A program made the translations under genes and the position numbers. DNA of 64,000 bases, taken from the NCBI GenBank assembly GCA_964346745.1, contig CAYFWE010000002.1, positions 30,570 to 94,569 of the forward strand. The letters run 5' to 3'. This DNA comes from an uncultured Actinomyces sp. (GTDB lineage Bacteria; Actinomycetota; Actinomycetes; Actinomycetales; Actinomycetaceae). The notes under the pieces are model-generated. The model had not been told where the DNA came from. It did no database searches and worked only from the letters and a program-made list of their open reading frames with translations. Positions 60,343 through 64,000 of the stretch are shown in pieces; within the stretch, counting starts at the first letter, position 1, and each line of letters begins with the position of its first letter.

Positions 60343-60426
60343 GAGCCCACTTTAGCCAGACCACCGGTCCTATCTGCATAAGCGCCCCCAGTTGCGGTTC
60401 TTCGCCGGAGGGGCAAGGCTGGTGAT

Positions 60427-61317
60427 ATGACTGAGTCCACACCAGCCGCCGGTTCCGGCAAGATCAACATCGGCACATCAGGATGGAACTACCCTGAGTG
60501 GCGCGGAAAGTTTTACCCAAAGGGTCTGCCCCAAACCAAAGAGCTCGCGTTCATGGCAGAACAGTTCGACACGCTAGAAATCAACAGCTCTTTCTACCGA
60601 CTGATGTTGCCCTCGACGTTCGAAAAGTGGGCCGCAGCAGTGCCACCAACGTTCAGCTACGCGGTCAAGGGATGGAAAAACATCACTCATATGCGCCGAC
60701 TCAAGAATGTCGGCAACGACCTAGCCATGTTTTTCAGTTCGGGCATGATGGCTCTGAAAGGCCAACTCGGTCCCATCCTCTGGCAGCTTCCACCGTCACT
60801 GAAATTCGATGCGGACGTCCTCGACACTTTTCTAGCCTCGCTACCAAAGACGTATGGAGAGGCGCGGGAACTTGGGGCGACCGCACCTCCGCCCGCGAAG
60901 AAGGATGCGGACAAGCCAGGCGCCCAGCCTGCGCTCATTGATCTAGACGCAACAGATGAAGCCGCGCTCGGTTCCATGCCTCTGCACTATGCAGTGGAGC
61001 CCCGTAGCGAGGGATTCGGTTCTGCTGAAGCCGTGGAAATCTTCAAGAAATACGACACCGCGCTGGTGATGGCCGATACGGGAGGACGCTATCCGCAATT
61101 CGACGAGGTGACGGCTTCTTTAGTGTACGTGCGGCTGCACGGATCGCCCCGCATGTACTACTCAAAGTACAGCGACGAAGCTCTGCAAGAGTGGGCCGAT
61201 AAGGCTTTGGCTTGGAAGCACGACGGCTTGCAGACCTATTTCTACTTCGACAACACCGCCGGCGGGTGGGCGCCCTACAACGCCCAAACTCTGGAACAGA
61301 TGTGCGAGGTCGGTTAG
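60427..61317 (+). CDS. DUF72 (YecE-like) protein
   Basis: IGTSGWNYPEWRGKFYP, FDTLEINSSFYR and YVRLHG are typical DUF72 blocks. Confidence 0.75.
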   Translation: MTESTPAAGSGKINIGTSGWNYPEWRGKFYPKGLPQTKELAFMAEQFDTLEINSSFYRLMLPSTFEKWAAAVPPTFSYAVKGWKNITHMRRLKNVGNDLAMFFSSGMMALKGQLGPILWQLPPSLKFDADVLDTFLASLPKTYGEARELGATAPPPAKKDADKPGAQPALIDLDATDEAALGSMPLHYAVEPRSEGFGSAEAVEIFKKYDTALVMADTGGRYPQFDEVTASLVYVRLHGSPRMYYSKYSDEALQEWADKALAWKHDGLQTYFYFDNTAGGWAPYNAQTLEQMCEVG

Positions 61318-61333
61318 AAGAAGCCGAGTCTGA

Positions 61334-62149
61334 TCACTCAGAAGAGGACGCCAGTTGGGCGCGCTGCCACAGGTCGGCAAATACCTGATCACTCAACATC
61401 GGGTCAGGGTTATCCGCGCTCGACGAACCGCCATGCACTTGGGCATGCAATTGTTCCATCCGATGATCCAGTATTTCCGCAGCGCGAGCAGCCTCTGCAA
61501 GTTCCTGGACTAGATGTGGCGGGACCGCGCCCTCAAACTTATAGAAAATCTTGTGCTCGAGACTGGCCCAAAAATCCATCGCAATCGTTCGGATCTGGAC
61601 TTCCACTGGCACGCGCACTGCCCCAGTTGAGAGGAATACGGGAATTTCTATTATCGCGTGCAGGCTTTTGTAGCCGTTTGGCTTCGGAGACTTTATATAG
61701 TCCTTGATCTGAAGTACGACAATGTCGTCCTGGGATCTCAAGGCATCCAGCACTCTGTAAGTGTCAGCTATGAAGCTGCACGTGATGCGCACACCCGCAA
61801 TATCAAGGATATTCTCGCGGATTGCCTCAACTTCCGGTGCGATATTGCGCCGCCGTACCTTCCCTAGAATCGATTCGGCCGACTTCACTCTAGAGGTCAC
61901 ATGTTCAATGGGATTGTACTGGTGAAGATACAGAAATTCTTCACGCAGAATCGTCACTTTGGTAAGTACTTCATCGACTGCGAACTGGTACTCCATCATC
62001 ATGCGAGTGAAATCCGTGCGCAGCTCTCTGACGAATTCGACCATCTCCGATCCGGAGAGTTTAGATTCGCCGATCTGCTGCGCTACGGAAGTAAGGGCTG
62101 TGGAATCAGGCAGCCCAGCGTTGCCGCGCCGTTGAGGCGTAGCGGTCAA
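61334..62149 (-). CDS. Small alarmone synthetase (RelP/RelQ-like GTP pyrophosphokinase, synthetase-only)
   Basis: NPIEHVTSRVKSAESILGKVRR and GYKSLHAIIEIPV...VEVQIRTIAMDFWASLEHKIFYK. There is no HD hydrolase domain. The TTG start overlaps the upstream stop as TTGA, so the start is uncertain. Confidence 0.85.
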   Translation of the reverse strand: MTATPQRRGNAGLPDSTALTSVAQQIGESKLSGSEMVEFVRELRTDFTRMMMEYQFAVDEVLTKVTILREEFLYLHQYNPIEHVTSRVKSAESILGKVRRRNIAPEVEAIRENILDIAGVRITCSFIADTYRVLDALRSQDDIVVLQIKDYIKSPKPNGYKSLHAIIEIPVFLSTGAVRVPVEVQIRTIAMDFWASLEHKIFYKFEGAVPPHLVQELAEAARAAEILDHRMEQLHAQVHGGSSSADNPDPMLSDQVFADLWQRAQLASSSE

Positions 62150-62517
62150 TCTCCCAGCCCGGTCGCCCAGTTTTTCGCCTGTTCTTCTTCAGAAGAGGGG
62201 TAGACACGGACAAGATTGTCCTTGTGCTCAGCGAACTTGCGGACTTTCTCTGCGACCGCTTCTTCATCACAGACAACAGCGATTCGTCCGTAGAGGTTGC
62301 GGTACTTGTGTTCCAACATCGAGTCACGCATACGAGCACCTAGGGCAAGATGATCGAAGTCATCGTCAATCACGATAAGTAGATTGATTGGCTTGTCGGC
62401 TTTGACCAGAGTCTCGATCGCAGGAACGAGCACGTTCTTGTAGTCGTCGGTAGAAACAGTTCCGGAGTAGCGGGCGCCGACGACATCGTCGGGTAGCCCA
62501 TCAATAAGAGTAATCAT
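62146..62517 (-). CDS. SpoIIAA-like/STAS_2 (DUF3478-type) protein
   Basis: MITLIDGLPDDVVGARYSGTVSTDDYKNVLVPAIE...YGRIAVVCDEEAV...VRVYPSSEEEQAKNW is collinear with SpoIIAA-like (PF11964-type) proteins, from memory. ATG 62517 avoids overlap with galK. Confidence 0.65.
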   Translation of the reverse strand: MITLIDGLPDDVVGARYSGTVSTDDYKNVLVPAIETLVKADKPINLLIVIDDDFDHLALGARMRDSMLEHKYRNLYGRIAVVCDEEAVAEKVRKFAEHKDNLVRVYPSSEEEQAKNWATGLGD

Positions 62518-62545
62518 GGACAAAGTGTAAGCCTCTTTCCAACTG

Positions 62546-63832
62546 TTACCCAAGAATGATGGGACCTGCACCCACACTGCGGATACGCAACACGTGACAA
62601 CTGTCAGGTCCAAGAACCGTTTCAACCCGTTCCTTGAATTGCTGCACGTCCTCGGTCGGAACGTACGCTTGGATTGTTCCGGCGAACCCACCGCCGTGGA
62701 CGCGAACCGCGCCCTTGCCGTCTAGGACATTTTGCGCGAGGGCGATAGCAACGCCCAAGTCTTGTTCTTCTGGCCTGCTCAGCGAGTAGATATTTTGCAG
62801 TTGAGTCTGCGATGAGAGGCCCGAGTAAGACACTAACTCTAAGAAGTCATCGAAGCGCCCGTCGCGCAATGCTTGAGCTTGCTGAGCCACTCGCTCGTTA
62901 TCTTCGAAAAAGTGGATCGCCCGCAATATGGACCGGTCACTGACATCGGCTCGCAAGTTTGGCAAGTTATTCCAGAACTGCGCCACGTCCACATCCCTTA
63001 GGTGCGTCTTGCCGAAGTGGCCGGCTACCTGGGACATGTCTTGGGTGATTTGCGTATAGTCATCCGTCAAGTCGCTGTGATCTGCACCCGAGTCGATTAT
63101 GCACAACGTGTGTTGCGTTCCGTCTAAATCAAAATTCACTGGCTGCACATGCGGCTGATCCGGATCTGCCAGGTCCACGCTGATCACGCCCCCAACGGAG
63201 CAGGCCACCTGATCCATTAGTCCAGATGGCTTACCGAAGTAGACGTTCTCAGCAAATTGACCAATTTGGGCGACCTCGACCGGTGTTAGAGCGCCCGCGC
63301 AGAAGAAAGTGTTAGCGATGCTTCCGATAAGAACTTCGTATGCAGCTGACGAAGACAGTCCTGATCCAGTCGGCACCTTCGAATCGAGTATTGCGCTAAA
63401 GCCAGACACCTTATATCCGCGAGCCTCTACGCCTGCCAGTACACCACGCACTAGGGATACAAAAGAGCCTTCTTCTGAATCGCGTTTCTTCAAGTCTGCA
63501 ACATTGATCGTTAGGTCCGGATAGCCTTCTTGGCGGATCAACACCTCTTCACTATCGTTCGTCGCCGCGCACGCCAGCATGTCGAGGTCGACTGAGGCCG
63601 CCAATACGGCACCGTGCTGGTGATCCGTGTGGTTGCCCCCCATTTCCGTGCGCCCAGGGGCGGTGAAGATCGTCGGGGAAAGCTTAGGAAAGTCCGTTGA
63701 GAAGGCTTGGATTAAGGCGGCCAATCGGTTACGAGCCTCATTAAGTGCGAGCTCATCGGCTCCGTACAATCTAATCAATGTGTCATCGTAGGCACCCGTG
63801 GATACGGCAGTGAAAAGTTCTTTGGCTCCCAT
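62546..63832 (-). CDS. galK: Galactokinase
   Basis: APGRTEMGGNHTDHQHG (galactokinase signature variant) and GHMP motif PTGSGLSSSAAYEV. Confidence 0.9.
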   Translation of the reverse strand: MGAKELFTAVSTGAYDDTLIRLYGADELALNEARNRLAALIQAFSTDFPKLSPTIFTAPGRTEMGGNHTDHQHGAVLAASVDLDMLACAATNDSEEVLIRQEGYPDLTINVADLKKRDSEEGSFVSLVRGVLAGVEARGYKVSGFSAILDSKVPTGSGLSSSAAYEVLIGSIANTFFCAGALTPVEVAQIGQFAENVYFGKPSGLMDQVACSVGGVISVDLADPDQPHVQPVNFDLDGTQHTLCIIDSGADHSDLTDDYTQITQDMSQVAGHFGKTHLRDVDVAQFWNNLPNLRADVSDRSILRAIHFFEDNERVAQQAQALRDGRFDDFLELVSYSGLSSQTQLQNIYSLSRPEEQDLGVAIALAQNVLDGKGAVRVHGGGFAGTIQAYVPTEDVQQFKERVETVLGPDSCHVLRIRSVGAGPIILG

Positions 63833-63837
63833 AACCC

Positions 63838-63855
63838 AATGTTAGCGCAAACATT
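63838..63855. promoter_or_regulatory. LacI/GalR-family operator-like palindrome immediately upstream of galK
   Basis: AATGTTAGCGCAAACATT has AATGTT/AACATT arms, a central GCGC, and two mismatches inside the 14-bp core. It lies 6 nt upstream of the galK ATG. Confidence 0.45.
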
Positions 63856-64000
63856 CCGGCACACGTTGAGAATCAGAGATTCTGGTCACGCATTTGGCGG
63901 AAAAGAATGCGCGCAGGAAACCCGAAGATAGTCACAAATCTGGGCGAGACTGTCACCCAGGGTTGTTTAGGTGCAACATTAACCCATGAGAATCTTGTCG

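Noticed and set aside
61334-62517. toxSAS toxin-antitoxin interpretation of the STAS/SAS pair
   Set aside because: The catalytic core looks like housekeeping RelP/RelQ. The upstream protein has a STAS fold, not a recognisable antitoxin. There is no mobile or defence context. It is kept only as a minor alternative in the finding.
62518-62691. Upstream extension of the STAS-like ORF into galK
   Set aside because: SpoIIAA-like similarity starts at MITLIDG (ATG 62517). The extension overlaps the galK 3' end.

Overview
This is a visibly GC-rich, gene-dense core chromosomal segment of an actinobacterium. Gene order follows the Mycobacterium/Corynebacterium backbone, but several backbone genes are missing at conserved junctions. 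That suggests a reduced, possibly host-associated Actinomycetales-like genome. The genus cannot be assigned from the sequence alone.

I support about 66 protein-coding genes, one riboswitch, a few hairpins and three operator-like palindromes. I saw no rRNA, tRNA, CRISPR array, transposase, integrase or phage gene.

Gene order, left to right:
- alaS (5'-truncated), ruvX, mltG, aroE, prepilin peptidase, aroC, an aroK::aroB fusion, a degenerate shikimate-kinase paralog, efp, nusB
- mihF, gmk, rpoZ, coaBC, metK, priA, fmt, rsmB, rpe
- FMN riboswitch plus ABC permease and binding lipoprotein
- hisE, hisG
- pafB, pafC, helY (translationally coupled), then lnt
- rbpA, acyP, a MerR regulator, an FtsR-like MerR regulator, garA
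- DUF881, sbp, DUF881
- murE-like ligase, der, SGNH hydrolase
- thrC, thrB, asd
- a redox/metal/sulfide stress islet: tpx, a P1B ATPase with a TPCP motif, DUF308, and a sulfide module (SQR; CoA-disulfide reductase-rhodanese; DUF2892; a 54-aa Cys-rich ORF absent from the ORF track)
- ASCH protein, proA, proB, GH13 hydrolase, CaCA antiporter, sdhCAB
- Nudix hydrolase plus flavoprotein, DUF72, STAS-like protein plus small alarmone synthetase, galK

I did not find a convincing wholly new multi-gene system such as a defence island. The most noteworthy items are:
1. The FMN-riboswitch-controlled transporter sitting where the rib operon normally lies.
2. The sulfide/persulfide module with CsoR/CstR-type operator-like sites but no regulator gene in the window.
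3. The degenerate shikimate-kinase paralog behind the AroK-AroB fusion.
4. A PriA homolog lacking a Walker A motif and the Cys-rich zinc region.
5. The STAS-like protein coupled to an alarmone synthetase.

All functional calls rest on motif recognition by eye. No searches were run.
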